DNA of 64,000 nucleotides from a virus. The DNA lies in the IMG/VR virus record IMGVR_UViG_3300014913_000006, one strand, 5' to 3'. The number at the start of each line of letters is the position of its first letter. Position 1 is the first letter of the stretch. The translations under genes were made by a program, and so were the position numbers. Shown piece by piece: positions 9,774 through 22,400 of the stretch. A model generated the notes under the pieces. The model did not search any database. It worked only from the letters and a program-made list of their open reading frames with translations, and was not told the origin of the DNA.

Positions 9774-11546
9774 CTAAATCGCCATTTGGTACGACAAAGG
9801 TTCCATCCGAGTTCCCGTAGCGGTGAAACTAACCTCGATATTCGGCGAAACCAGATCGCCTGGAACACTGTCTGGATTGCCCAAAGGTCCACTTGAGTTT
9901 ATGTAATACGATATAGACGGAGCCCACGAGTAAGGCCCCGGACCAAGTACATTGAAAAGTGGTCCTGGTTCCATCCCAATTTTGTGACGATTTTGAATAT
10001 ACGCTCTCATGCGAATAGCAGTACAACCAACACCCAAAGTAAACGTGTGTTCAAACGGCACCACCAAATCACTTTGGTCACAGGTGATAAAACCTACACC
10101 AGGAACTATCCCACCATTAATGGCGTTGTCCTCAAATGTCTCATCTGTATAATCATTTTCCACGACTTGCCCCCCGCCCAACCAAACTCCATCCCACCCA
10201 AACTTGTTTTTCATAGACATGGCGACCCTGACCGTTTTCTTCAGAGACTGACTACATCCATACTGCAAGTCACGAACTTCAACTGGGTCGTGTGGCGGAC
10301 ACAGAAGAGGTGCATAATACCATGTTACACTTTCTCCATAATAATAAGCTGTGGGGTCAGAGATTGGGCTTTTAACAGTCGCTTCTCCCGTAATGGTAAC
10401 CTCACCCGGCTCTGGATTGTCTGGATCAACCGGTATGTCCGACACATTGATCACAAAATCCAAAATCATATATGAAGCATATGTGAAATCGCGACCAGTT
10501 TCAGGCCCAACATAGGTATAATACCCACCACCCGGTGGGTATACCCCCACATAGCCCGTTCTGTCCGTCCAGTATTGGGCACCAATCATTTGTACTGGCA
10601 TCACATTGATGACGGCATTCAATTCTGTTAACGACCGATACTCATTCATCCCGTCTGCCCCGTTGTGATACTCATTCGATCCAGTGAGGGTCTTCAACGC
10701 CCTCTCCGGTGACAAGGATTTACACTCAACCCACATCTTTCCTTCGTTTGAACTGTCTACGGGGGAAGCAGGATCAAGGTTTTGGAACCAAAAGGATTCC
10801 CCACTATACCCATTGAAAGCTGCCGAATCCGTATCTGGAAGATCAAAGGGCAATTCTGCTTTCGACTCCATAGCCGCCGCCGCATCGGACAACACTTCGG
10901 TGACGGCCCTGAGATACTGGGGCATACCGAAGTAAGAAAGAACAGTCTTGTCACCAAATAAGTCGTTCAATTTTTCTTCATCAATTTCCGTAAACGCTGG
11001 ATAATGCACTGGAACAGAAACAAACAAGGACGCGGGTCTGGGATCAGGCTCCACATATCCATTCTGCAATATCTCAAAGCTGTTCGTCCAAGCCGCAGGA
11101 ACCTCAGAAATGGATGGATAAATGTCATCTAACCCAAGTGTTGTTGCCCCTTCTTCTGTCGTGCTGATGATTGGAATCTGAATATTAACCAGAGGACTTA
11201 TTTCTCCATCTATGTCCGAACCGGCATGAATCATCTGCCACATAGCCAATCCATATGACATTCGACCGAAAGTATCCAAGAGTCCAAGAACATGACCAGG
11301 ATTCGTGTAATCGATACCCGGAACACCAACGCCCAAACCGGTGTATGCTATATTTGGACCATAACAAGCGGGTGCTGGATTTACATACTGATATGGATTG
11401 AATCCGGGATACGTCAAGGTTGTCGGATTCGGATACAAAGGCCCTTGATAACCACCACACATTATACCCAAGTCGGGCTGAAAAGGAGTGTACCCATGCG
11501 CCGCAAGGCTCATTAGTTTGTTGTCACGAATATCGCCGATAGGCAT
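9774..11546 (-). CDS. Hypothetical tail/baseplate protein
   Basis: 590-aa ORF in the tail gene order. Confidence 0.55.
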   Translation of the reverse strand: MPIGDIRDNKLMSLAAHGYTPFQPDLGIMCGGYQGPLYPNPTTLTYPGFNPYQYVNPAPACYGPNIAYTGLGVGVPGIDYTNPGHVLGLLDTFGRMSYGLAMWQMIHAGSDIDGEISPLVNIQIPIISTTEEGATTLGLDDIYPSISEVPAAWTNSFEILQNGYVEPDPRPASLFVSVPVHYPAFTEIDEEKLNDLFGDKTVLSYFGMPQYLRAVTEVLSDAAAAMESKAELPFDLPDTDSAAFNGYSGESFWFQNLDPASPVDSSNEGKMWVECKSLSPERALKTLTGSNEYHNGADGMNEYRSLTELNAVINVMPVQMIGAQYWTDRTGYVGVYPPGGGYYTYVGPETGRDFTYASYMILDFVINVSDIPVDPDNPEPGEVTITGEATVKSPISDPTAYYYGESVTWYYAPLLCPPHDPVEVRDLQYGCSQSLKKTVRVAMSMKNKFGWDGVWLGGGQVVENDYTDETFEDNAINGGIVPGVGFITCDQSDLVVPFEHTFTLGVGCTAIRMRAYIQNRHKIGMEPGPLFNVLGPGPYSWAPSISYYINSSGPLGNPDSVPGDLVSPNIEVSFTATGTRMEPLSYQMAI

Positions 11547-11551
11547 TAGCC

Positions 11552-13945
11552 TTACCCTTCCTCAACCGGTGGTGTAAACACCTGCGGTGTCTGTTCCATG
11601 TAAGCAACATATGGTCCATGTTCACTCTTCGAAAAAATACTAACCGTAACCCGTGTTCCAACTGGAATTAAGCCTGGACTAGTGTCTGTTTCGGCCAAGT
11701 TCCGCACACCGGTCCACTCGGACAAAAAGTATGAGTTCGTGATATTCAAACCACCAGCAAACGTTTGTGGATCGATGTCCGCATAGTTGAGTCGCCTGAC
11801 AGCATAGAAGGGGCCACCTTCTTTGAAAGACACGACACCCAGACCACCCTCTGGTTTTTGATATGTGTACTCCATATTTTCCTGGGATGGGCCAGTGAGG
11901 GCTTCTTCTTCAGTCTCCGGTGCCGACTCTGGCTCTGGTGGAGATTCGAAATCATCCTTGTTCTCTGGGAAATCATCCTCTGGTTCTTTCTCGTCGTAGA
12001 TATCATCCTTTTCTCTCTCTTCTTGTTTCTTGCGTTTGAACTCACCGAGTTCCCGTGTGTAGAGATTCATCACATATCTGGTCATGACACCGTTAGTGTC
12101 AAATCGAATGAATATCTCTGTGACACTACCACCAAGACCAATAGATTGACCTATGTTGACCTGTGGCACATCTGCAACCTCTAATTGACCAGTATTGATG
12201 ACAGACAATCCTGGTAATGTGTCGATTTTCTGAGCAGCCAATTCTGTCAACCCGGCCATGGCGGTGGGGTTCAACATGCCACGAACACCAAAGGTCCACG
12301 GCACCAAATCCTTGTCGACAGACACCTCTGAAGACCCGGGAGATAGAACACGACTACGTACCATAGATGTATTGGACCACGGTCCGTAGTGGATACCACG
12401 ATCCATGATTGGGGTCCATGCTTTCGACAGCGTCCCATGACGAGTGGTACGGCTTGAATCCACCTCTCCCGTGTCTGGGTCCATATAGTATCGAGTCAAA
12501 GCTACTGGCAAAACCATGATGACATAACGACCATATTGCTCCAACGTACACTTCATGTACGATTCACTCTCGCGTGGTATAAGGTTATTCGAATTCTGAA
12601 CAACGGGTGCCCATTCAACATAGTGTGGCACCATAGGCGACTCAACAGTCCCAGAACCAGTCAAGAAAAGCTCTGACAAATGGACAAACGGCCCCCAACG
12701 ACCGTCTTCGGTAGTCAGCTTCAGTAGAACATCTGGATCGAACTGTCGTGCACCCTGTGGCGGTGTGCTGCCTTCCCACCATCCGGCAGGAATGATTTCT
12801 GGATAGTTTGGCAAATCCTGCCCTGTATCCGACATTGTGTTCTTGTTCAGTGCAAAATAGAATCTCTTACCCCAGAAGTCATCTATATATCGCTTGAGTG
12901 CGGCGAGTTGATCAGCATCCATAGACCCATCACGACTACCGTTAAGAACAGCTTCCATCTCTTCGATAGTTGTATCAAGTCTGCGATATTGTGGTTCATC
13001 AGGCATTGTATACGACGGAGTAGCCAGTGGTTGCCCAGCCTCATTGAACCCCCAAAATTGACTTATCTCAACGCCATGGACCTGATCCAGTTTTCGTTTC
13101 ACGCCACCCCAGATCACCTTGTGGGTAGTGGTATCAGAATTCTCGTATCCGTCTTTACGGCGAATGACACGATCGCCATGTAGCGCAGCAAGTTCATCCA
13201 TTTCCAATGCTGTGGGATTACCGATGCCATCCAGGCGTCGAACAGTTTTGATCGTGATAACAACAGTATCATCAACAACACTCTTTCGCTGGGACTCTAC
13301 CCACCACTCAGCGCCAACAGCATTGCAGAATTCTGTAATCGTTGACACCAAAGACCTAACTTCTCCCTCGATATAATATTGGCCAACACCTTCACCACGC
13401 CAGTTTTCAAGAGTTGCCAACTCACTCATATCGACTTCGAAAACATCATTCCCATAGCTTAGAGTAGCGGCCTCTACACGTTCCATGATGGTACTAAACA
13501 AAACACCTTTGTTTTCTTCCCTACTAGACCCCTCAGAAGCTTCGGTATCACCTCTCGAACCAATGTATACAACATTGCTGTCAACCAAAGCAACCTCGGA
13601 ATCGGGTTCGTCAATGTACACATTGGCGATATTGGCAGAATCGAGAACAGTACGACAATCGGTCAGCCTTACGACATAGATGCCGGTACCATTGGGGTCG
13701 GTAGTTGTTCTCTCCCAAGATTGTACGATACCAAGGATGCTTAGTTCACCAAATCCAACATACTGAGCAGAACGGACATCGTATTGATCCAGGGTAAAAT
13801 TCTGATCATCTTCCTCGACAACAGTAACCGTAAACACGATGGGCTGGCTATTGAAACCCATCTGCGCAGTGATACTCTTGAATGAACAACCGAAGACCTT
13901 GGTTGTTCTCGCACCCCACGTATCGTCATAAATTACTACAGCCAT
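11552..13945 (-). CDS. Putative baseplate hub / tail tip protein
   Basis: 797 aa; YVVRLTDCRTVL and LVSTITEFCNAVG..WWV hub-like pattern; position downstream of tape measure. Confidence 0.55.
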   Translation of the reverse strand: MAVVIYDDTWGARTTKVFGCSFKSITAQMGFNSQPIVFTVTVVEEDDQNFTLDQYDVRSAQYVGFGELSILGIVQSWERTTTDPNGTGIYVVRLTDCRTVLDSANIANVYIDEPDSEVALVDSNVVYIGSRGDTEASEGSSREENKGVLFSTIMERVEAATLSYGNDVFEVDMSELATLENWRGEGVGQYYIEGEVRSLVSTITEFCNAVGAEWWVESQRKSVVDDTVVITIKTVRRLDGIGNPTALEMDELAALHGDRVIRRKDGYENSDTTTHKVIWGGVKRKLDQVHGVEISQFWGFNEAGQPLATPSYTMPDEPQYRRLDTTIEEMEAVLNGSRDGSMDADQLAALKRYIDDFWGKRFYFALNKNTMSDTGQDLPNYPEIIPAGWWEGSTPPQGARQFDPDVLLKLTTEDGRWGPFVHLSELFLTGSGTVESPMVPHYVEWAPVVQNSNNLIPRESESYMKCTLEQYGRYVIMVLPVALTRYYMDPDTGEVDSSRTTRHGTLSKAWTPIMDRGIHYGPWSNTSMVRSRVLSPGSSEVSVDKDLVPWTFGVRGMLNPTAMAGLTELAAQKIDTLPGLSVINTGQLEVADVPQVNIGQSIGLGGSVTEIFIRFDTNGVMTRYVMNLYTRELGEFKRKKQEEREKDDIYDEKEPEDDFPENKDDFESPPEPESAPETEEEALTGPSQENMEYTYQKPEGGLGVVSFKEGGPFYAVRRLNYADIDPQTFAGGLNITNSYFLSEWTGVRNLAETDTSPGLIPVGTRVTVSIFSKSEHGPYVAYMEQTPQVFTPPVEEG

Positions 13946-15690
13946 TATGCTCCACTCTCCGTAACCGTATGAACCCTAGTGCGAGAATACTTGCCGGTCG
14001 TTGGATTCCAAACCTCATGGTCACTTTCCAGGATGTACGATCCTGGATACCACGGACTGATCATGGGGCCATACGGCACGCCCCCTGCATCATCCATAGT
14101 ATCAGCAACGGTATCAGTATCCGGCTTCGTCGATCCATGACCTTCAGAACGATAGCTAACGCTGACCTGCTGAGCCGTGGCAGTATTGATCCGCTGGATG
14201 ATTGGTCCAGCGATACGTCCTGGGATAAACAATTTTGCCGCCATAATCTGTGGATAGGCAATGTCAACAGTAATATCAACATTGTTCTCATCCTTGTCTG
14301 TCCATGTCCATGAAGTACGGGACGAACCTCTTGTCTCGTTCAACGCACTAGTCTTCGCCACATGGGTACCAACAAAGGTAACACCGGCAGGCTTTTGTGA
14401 GCCAATCAATGTCTGGGCTAATGCGCGTGCGTCTACATCTGACGGAATGTTGCTGCGAGCATTATTAAGCCTCTCTGTCTTGGTATCCCCTTTGCCCTCG
14501 ATGTCAACATTCAGGACCAGAGTATAGACCCCATCAGCAGCATTATACGTCAGAGTCGCTTCATTCCCCTGTACGTAATCTGCATCTTCACTGGCAGACC
14601 AGTTGAAGCCGAATGTGACAACAGCGTCCTTCTCGTTGATAGTGATATTCTTCTGAGTCGGAGATACAGGAATGACGTAGCCTTCAAGCAACGTGCCTAA
14701 CGCTGTTTCTGTCGCCGCCTTCGCCTCAACATTTGTCGGTATCTCAGCCTTCGCATTTGCAATAGCAGATGAACTACCAGTACGCGATTGATCTTGCAAA
14801 CCGTAGATAGTCCCGTTGTACGTCACGTCAACCGTTTCGTCCTCGGACCTGTGAATTACTGTAAAAGACTTCTCAGAATAGGTCGCGGACACCTCTCCAG
14901 GACCGGCCTCTCGGATCACCCACGTCTCGGTAACAGCGTAGCTGCCATCTCGTTCCGAAACATTCATACCCTTCGTGTAGCTGCCGTTGACCCAGTCCGC
15001 AAAGCTGGTCGCATAGGTCACGAACGAGCTATCAGGCACCCCCGCTATCCTTGAGTCGCACCAGCCCTTAGCGTTATCCCAGGCTTGTGTCTCAGTACCG
15101 GTCACCTCGTCGAAAGTGAGCAGCCCCTTGGCACTAACGATGTGATGAATCTCGTACACTTTACCGTCATGCCCAGCCACTTCGCTGAATTGCCATTCCT
15201 CTGACACATCCTGAAGACCTGAAGCATCGAAAATATCCTCATCGATGATGCCGGTCAGATACTCGGCTTCAAGTTCAACGCGATAATCGCAGCGGTCGGC
15301 CCACTGACCTTCTGGGAAAACAATAGATCGGACCTTGGGACGGCACTTGACCGGAGAACCAGCCCCGCCGTACCATTCCAACACCTTACCATCTTCCCTG
15401 AACAGCCATCTCAGGGCCTCTTGCTTGCGTTCTAAACGAACAAACGGCACGTCGCCGCCTGTGTACGTCTCATCCGGTGGATAGTCACCGAGAGTCCAGA
15501 AAGCGTCGGATGGGTCGCCCAGAGGGTAACTGCCACTTGGGGAACCTCGGAACGGCAGAATCGTCCCTGCCAACGAAATCTCGTATCCCACACCGTGCTT
15601 CCCGCCATCACCAGCAGTTCGGTACACCTTCGATACCGACACCAGTGGCGCTGGAATAATTGCTTTGTTATCGTATACAACCGAAGCCAT
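13945..15690 (-). CDS. Putative distal tail/baseplate protein with internal repeats
   Basis: 581 aa; repeated G.I.G...NA(K/R)..IP....NE..G....W units; SD GGGAGG. Confidence 0.55.
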   Translation of the reverse strand: MASVVYDNKAIIPAPLVSVSKVYRTAGDGGKHGVGYEISLAGTILPFRGSPSGSYPLGDPSDAFWTLGDYPPDETYTGGDVPFVRLERKQEALRWLFREDGKVLEWYGGAGSPVKCRPKVRSIVFPEGQWADRCDYRVELEAEYLTGIIDEDIFDASGLQDVSEEWQFSEVAGHDGKVYEIHHIVSAKGLLTFDEVTGTETQAWDNAKGWCDSRIAGVPDSSFVTYATSFADWVNGSYTKGMNVSERDGSYAVTETWVIREAGPGEVSATYSEKSFTVIHRSEDETVDVTYNGTIYGLQDQSRTGSSSAIANAKAEIPTNVEAKAATETALGTLLEGYVIPVSPTQKNITINEKDAVVTFGFNWSASEDADYVQGNEATLTYNAADGVYTLVLNVDIEGKGDTKTERLNNARSNIPSDVDARALAQTLIGSQKPAGVTFVGTHVAKTSALNETRGSSRTSWTWTDKDENNVDITVDIAYPQIMAAKLFIPGRIAGPIIQRINTATAQQVSVSYRSEGHGSTKPDTDTVADTMDDAGGVPYGPMISPWYPGSYILESDHEVWNPTTGKYSRTRVHTVTESGA

Positions 15691-15701
15691 CTTGTCCTCC
15701 C

Positions 15702-16421
15702 TTAATACCCGTTGTCCACGAAACCAGGCGGTATTTTGTCTCTTTTGACAAATCTATTGCATCTTGGACACAATAATGACAAATTTTCTAAACCAAACAA
15801 TGCTAACAATTCCGATTCGTTAGATGCCGAAGATGTCGGTACAATATGATCGATATCATAACCGACATCGTCATAGTCACTTTTGCACATAGGGCATCTA
15901 TTGTTTTGTTGTCGCCTTATGCCCTCCAGATGATCACACAGTTCTTCGCCGGAATACGGAAGATGTTTAGTGAAACCTTTTTGTCCGTTGAGACGATGAT
16001 GCAATGCACTCCTTAGTCTGTTTTGATATATATAAATTGGTTTCTGCAACCTATTTCTTTGTGTGTTTCTCCTTTTTTCTTTTGAAGACGAACGCGACGA
16101 CCATTTTCGAAACTGTTCGGATTCGCACTTATTGCATCTCAATCTACCCAACCCACATCTTGTTCTGTGAGAGTGTGTCGTGTTGCCGTGTCTCGGGCAA
16201 ATTGCAATTATCTTGTTATTCCCAATTTTTGAAACGATCAATCTTTTTTGTCCACCCTGCACTCCATAAGCTTTTAAGCCTAGTTGCTTAGCCCTGCTAA
16301 TAATAGCAGTGTAGGTACGATCGAGTTTGTCGCAGCAGCCTTTGTAACCACCATTCGGATAAGCATTTTTCAATATTTCAATTTCAATGTTTGTCCATTT
16401 AGGGTATTTTTTGCTATTCAT
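15702..16421 (-). CDS. HNH homing endonuclease, family A copy 1
   Basis: WT..E..IL...YP N-terminus; CPMC...DIDHIVP...NLSLLCPRCN; AT-rich. Confidence 0.85.
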   Translation of the reverse strand: MNSKKYPKWTNIEIEILKNAYPNGGYKGCCDKLDRTYTAIISRAKQLGLKAYGVQGGQKRLIVSKIGNNKIIAICPRHGNTTHSHRTRCGLGRLRCNKCESEQFRKWSSRSSSKEKRRNTQRNRLQKPIYIYQNRLRSALHHRLNGQKGFTKHLPYSGEELCDHLEGIRRQQNNRCPMCKSDYDDVGYDIDHIVPTSSASNESELLALFGLENLSLLCPRCNRFVKRDKIPPGFVDNGY

Positions 16422-16422
16422 T

Positions 16423-19400
16423 TTAATATCCATGCGAATACAGGTTCCCGCTGGTATTATACACAAGGGTACCAGCATCTAGGAACAGGTGGAGCCCACT
16501 AGGGCCGTTATTGAACATTCCAGAGACACCCATCAAGTAAAGTGGTAATGTATCCGTCTCTTGTTCAAAGAGTCCTTCTACAAACAGATTGCCAGACGCA
16601 GCAAGTACAATTGGGACTGCACCAGACATGTACAGCGTTGCGGTTCCGAACCAACCCGGATCACATCTCAAGAACAGGCTCCATGGATCGTCATGGGAAT
16701 CGTGTGGTTGGAATCCAATTCGAGTTGGGTCATCTGGGTTGACGCTGCAAATCAGACCAACAGAGCCAGTGATCTCAATGCCGTCCGGTGGTTGACCCGG
16801 AGCGTGACCACGGATGTACAGGCTGCAAGTTTTTGGTACAGTGAAATCAGCCTTCAAGAACATCGTCCAAGCTTCGTCGCTTGTCAGATTGCCCTCTTGC
16901 GCCTTCATGAACAGGGTCCATGCTTCTGTCCCGCCTGCCGTGTATGGGTAATCCGCGTCGGCAGCTTCGAGATACAGTTTCACATTATTAAACGCCCGAT
17001 TGATGCCAGATGAGCCGGATGGTAGTGTAAAGCCATTGATGAACAGATCGAGAGATTCGGTTTTGTCGTTGTCGTCAGTTTTCAGGTATAGAGTCCAGCC
17101 ACCCCATTGTCTTCCTGTGCCGATGAACAACGGACATGTACCGCTAGCTTGGTCATATCCATACGTATACAAGGTTGGGCTTGGATCGCCATATGGGTAT
17201 GTAAAGTCGTCTGGGTCACCTGGATACGAGAAGCTACCACTTGAACAGATGAACTCTGGTCCCTTAATGAATAGGTCGCAATTCCCGCTACTGCCATTAT
17301 GCCCGAGGATGTATAACGGTGGGCTAATACCATGTCCTGCACCACCACCAACACTAGTGAAAACACCAGCCATCGTGTATAGGTCTACGCCGCTTGAATG
17401 TGGCTGCGGACCAACGATAAACAAGGTGCCAGATTCGCCAATTTCTTCGTGACCATCACCTATTCTGAGTAGCATACCAGATGGATAATTACCGCTGGTA
17501 TCAACATGTCTGTGTCCCTGTATGTAGAAATCTACGTCATCAGCTACTGGACCAAAGATAACCAACGGACAGGTGTCCTCGTATTGGAGTGGTCCTCGCG
17601 TATACAATGGTGGACCATATTCAATTCCCGCCATCGATTCGATGGCAGCAGCACCATCAGCCGCAAAGATGAAGTCTGTCAACTCGGGTGTTCTAGGTGA
17701 TGTGCCGATGTAGGCACTAGTGAATGATTCCTGTGTACGGAGATACAGGTTGGCCGTCCCACTATTTTGTAATGGCCCCTGCATGTAAAGGTTGCACCCA
17801 CGGCTTGCTAAGCCACCGGTCAATCCACTTGTTGTGCCAGCAGTATCACCTGTGGTCTCGATAACAAAGATACCGCTACCAGTTGAACCACCAAAGAAGA
17901 CTCCACTACCAGTAAACGAAAAATCGTCAACACGAGGTACGCCGTGATAGTGAACCGGGAATAGATCGTAACTGTAGATACCAGTTGGGGTTGGTGAACG
18001 TCTCTGGTTAATTTCTGGATGATTGTCATGGTTGACCCATCTGATCGAGGCACCATAGGAATTAAGGTTGACTTCGTCGTTGTATGGCTGCAGCACGCCA
18101 CTCTGTGGATCGTGGAATATTTGTTCCCCACCATTTGGCCTAGGACCTTGGCTATGGTATGTTGTACTGGTGAACGGCTGGATGTTACCAATATAAAATC
18201 CAGACGGTGGTGTTTCTTCGAGCAAGTAGGCAGATGCATCTGCCCCGTAGGCACCTAAGCCAACTTCTATAGTGACACGAAGCCCTGAGCAAATCTCGCC
18301 CGGATTGTAGCCGACCCCTGGAATTGTTGGATCATATGCGAATGCCCCCACTGTTCGCTGGATATATGTTGACGGTGGAACTATGGTTGGTCGGTACTCA
18401 TCTAGTGGTCTATTATATGTATCAACGATACTGTATAGGTCTCTCAACTCGTCTGTTGTAAAGCGACCGGCGTCGGTCCATAACACATTCTCGGCTAAGA
18501 TTATGCTACCCTGTTTGACACCACCCATTTCAGCAGGTATGATGCCACCAGTGATATTAACGCCCTGCTGTCTTACACCAACACAGTTTTCGGCTCTCCT
18601 GTTTGTTGGGTCGCTGTAGCTATATAGAGAACTAGCGGGTGGGCCAGTCAGACCAGAGCCAACATAAGTCCATGGCTGGCCGTCAAGACTTAGGTAGACC
18701 TTCATGTGGTTTGGATGGCTACCATCTATCCCACTGGCTATGAAGTCAGCATGTAAGGCAACAAAGACAATAGGATCATGGTCAATATATGTTGTCGGCC
18801 ACTCTTCCTCCCAAGTTCTGTACAATCCTGTTACTTCTGTATTCCATTCCCAAGTGGAACCGCTCGGGGTGCCATAATGGGTAGTACCTCCCCACCACAG
18901 ACCGCCGCCGCTTGGCTGCTCATATGGTACGTCACGAACATTCGTGATAACAGTGATGCCACTTTCACTCTCAATACGAATACCAAGCGTATGTGAAGCA
19001 AGAGCAATGTCTAAATCTTCGGGAAGACTCTTGCGGAACCAGCCGACCTCAGCTACGTTTCCGGAAGTGTGGGCGCCAGACATCCAAAAGACTGTGGTAA
19101 AACTGCCCGAACCAGCATATCCATAGTTTTCTGTCTCACCACAGATATTCTGCTTATATCGTTCTGATTCGTAATATCCCATCTTTGTTGATTGCCAACC
19201 ACCACCGGGAGTACGATAGTCTGTATCCATCGCTTCGCGGTAATTATATCCACCCAAATCGTCATAGTGTGGATATGTTCCATCGCCGGGTGTTGGAACA
19301 AAAGGTTCGGCCAGAATCGAGTCAGCTACATGGGCGACTGTTTTACCGGATGTACCGATAAAGGGAGTGTGCTGGAACAAGGGGGCTGGAACGTACCACG

Positions 19401-22400
19401 CTTGATCTTGCACAAATTCCGTAATGTCTCCAGCAGCACCCTGTCCATCGTGATAGTATTTGAGATAGAATACAGCGTTGGGCTCTCGGATAAGACCCGG
19501 ACCTGGATCAACCGGATTGTAGACAAAGAGATTGAGTGACGCAGTTTGTGGCTCTATAGCCTTCAGGAACAGATCGCCCGACGAAACATGAGGGGCAATG
19601 CCGTGGGCGAATAGGTCTCCAGATGTTTTGATTGATTCGTATCCGCGAATGAAGAGATCGTGCCGATCATTGTGGGGGATAATCCCAGAGCCTTGCGAAT
19701 AGAGTTGAACACCAGATGGATAATTTGGGCAGTCATCAACATTGGTGGCGTAGCCGAAAACACCATGAGTGAACAGGTTGCCGGACACCTGATGTATGTC
19801 GAGGCCATGTGTGAACAAGTCTGCATTGGCAGTTTGTATTCCGTAGATATGTAGAGAGACACCAGATGGATATTGATTATTCGAATTAAACGATTGATGA
19901 CCACATGTGACCAGATCGCCAGATGTGGTGTAGGGTGCTACCCCGCCAACATATAGATTGCTACTACCTGCTAGGTCGAGCGGCGTATCGATGAAGTTAT
20001 CCCAGTAGCCGAATAGTGTGAAATTATCTCGATCACCTGTAGCGTCTTCTGAATATACTTCAATGTCAGAATTTGCGTTGACCTGCATGTCGGTCACGAC
20101 ATATCGCGTTGAAAGCGGGGCAGCGCTAACACCTATCTTTCGTTCCAGTTTAACTGCTTTAGATCGCACGCCGACAACACGACTGTCTTCGTTTTCGTTT
20201 GTTATTATTCCGATCGACGCAACAGCACCGGATGGTACGCCACTGAGACTGACAGATTCCCAGGTACTATCAACAGTAGGATTGGCCTCATTTTGTTGAT
20301 AAAGATCGGTATAATCTCCAGGCGGCTTCTTCCAATACCCAACAACAACGGTTGGCTGCCAAGTGTTAGTAAATTCATGATATTTTTGTATTGTAGCATT
20401 GGCTCCGCTCGTTTGGAGCATGGATGTCCAGAAAGAATATCGTTCGGAAGCGTGGTCACCCCCAATCCACTTAAATTTCCGATCGGCAGGGTTCCCCACT
20501 GATCGAACACCTTGAAGCTGATTGCCATAGCTTTGGCCCTCCAAAACTTCGACAATAGCGCCACTTGGTACCCCAGCAGAATCAAGGTCTAGACTGTTCC
20601 ATGTCGATGTCGGATCGGCTGGGAGTATTGTTGCTGCTAGTTCTTGATATTCAGCACCAACCCAATATCCCATCAGGTAGAAATTGACACCACTGGGAGC
20701 ATAACACTCTATCTTTGTTCCAGACAACTGTACGTGCATAGTAGCTGCATTGTAACCACCATATGTTGGCTCAGCGGGTGCAATACTAACTCTCCTGTCT
20801 AATAATGAACCAGCGGTCCTTACGCCTACTAGCGTATCTGCGTTGACTTCTCCACTGTTGCAGATCATGATTTCGGCTGTTATGTCGGAAACGTCTGGCA
20901 CCCAGGATGCCAAGTCTTGTGTTTCCCAGGTATCTTTTGATAATGGTGTCCAAGTTCTAAAGTCTTCGATGTAATGGCACACTGTTAACTGATCGAACAC
21001 TTTCGTGTACAGATTCATGCTATTCGAACAGGGCTCTCGCACTTTGATAAACAGATTACCATTGTCGGCGTACTGTTCTGGTCCGCTGATAAACAACGGC
21101 GAAGATGGCCCACCATCTTCGTGTGAAATACCTGGATACATACCGCTGATACCACTTGTGCCGACTAGATGTGGCCCACTAAGGAACATACTGCCGGACG
21201 ATAAACAAGATTCCGGGACTTGCAGGAACATGTTGCCATTTCCTTCAAATCTCCTTGGACCCATCGTGAATAAGGGACACTTGGCGACCGGAATTCCGTC
21301 GATGTACATTTGGAGACCGCTGGGATAATCTGCTTCTTCTAATACGTTGGGTGTCTTGTGACCATGGGTAAACAATCCAACAGTGCCGTTGTCTCGCAAT
21401 GGAATTCTGGAGAGGTTGTCCCAGTATCCTATGAGTCTATATGCATATGTGCTCGACGAATTGTCTTGGTAAAATTCCGCATATGTCCCACTAGTCATGT
21501 TGACATGAACACGCATCATGCTGGCTGCGGTATCAGCCGCCACATTGATGTCACGTTGTTCCAGATATTTGTCATCATAGCTGGAATAAACTTCTCTGAT
21601 CCCCATGTCAAGGTGGCTATTCGATCTGTTTTCTAGAACGATTTCACATACTGAACCTTCTGCCACGCCGACATCTAGTGGTTCCCATTGATCGCTCACC
21701 GTGCTAGGACCAACATCGGAGAAAGCTTCGTGATATGTCCCAGGCGAGAAATCCCAGTAACCAACAACAGTGAATTCTATGTCGTCGGCAATTTCGGCAT
21801 AAAGCTGAATAGTTCCGTCCGTTCCGCTCGCCCGCACTTGCATTGTAACATAATCTTTGCCGCCAGTATCCGACACTTTGTCAAACACATGATGACGATC
21901 GAGATTTGAACCCACTTGTCGAACGCCGCCACTCAGAGGTATCTGTGCGGTGGTGTCAGTATTTGCTACAACAACATCAACAATCTTGTTTGCGTATTGA
22001 GTACCTAAGTCATAACTTTCCCAACCCGCATCTCCGGTCGCGCTAATAATATCATTGGCTTCTACATAAGTAGCACCACACCAGAAACCGGCCACCTGAA
22101 ATTTGTTGTAGTCATCATTATCTGCGTACACTTCAATATTGCCACTGTCGTCAACGGGGACAAACAGGCTGAGGTGATCATTGCTATAGCCAACAGCTTC
22201 GTGTAGGCTAAATCTACGATCCAACGAAGACCCAACAGACCTGGCACCAACAAGGTAGGAAACCGTACCTCGCGAGTTCAATAAAACCAATTCGACGACA
22301 ACTGGATCGATGTCATTGGTTAATGGAACACCATAATCGTTTACGTTGAAAGTATTCCAAGTGTCGGCGGGTGTCGTTTCGATGTATGTCGTACTTAATT

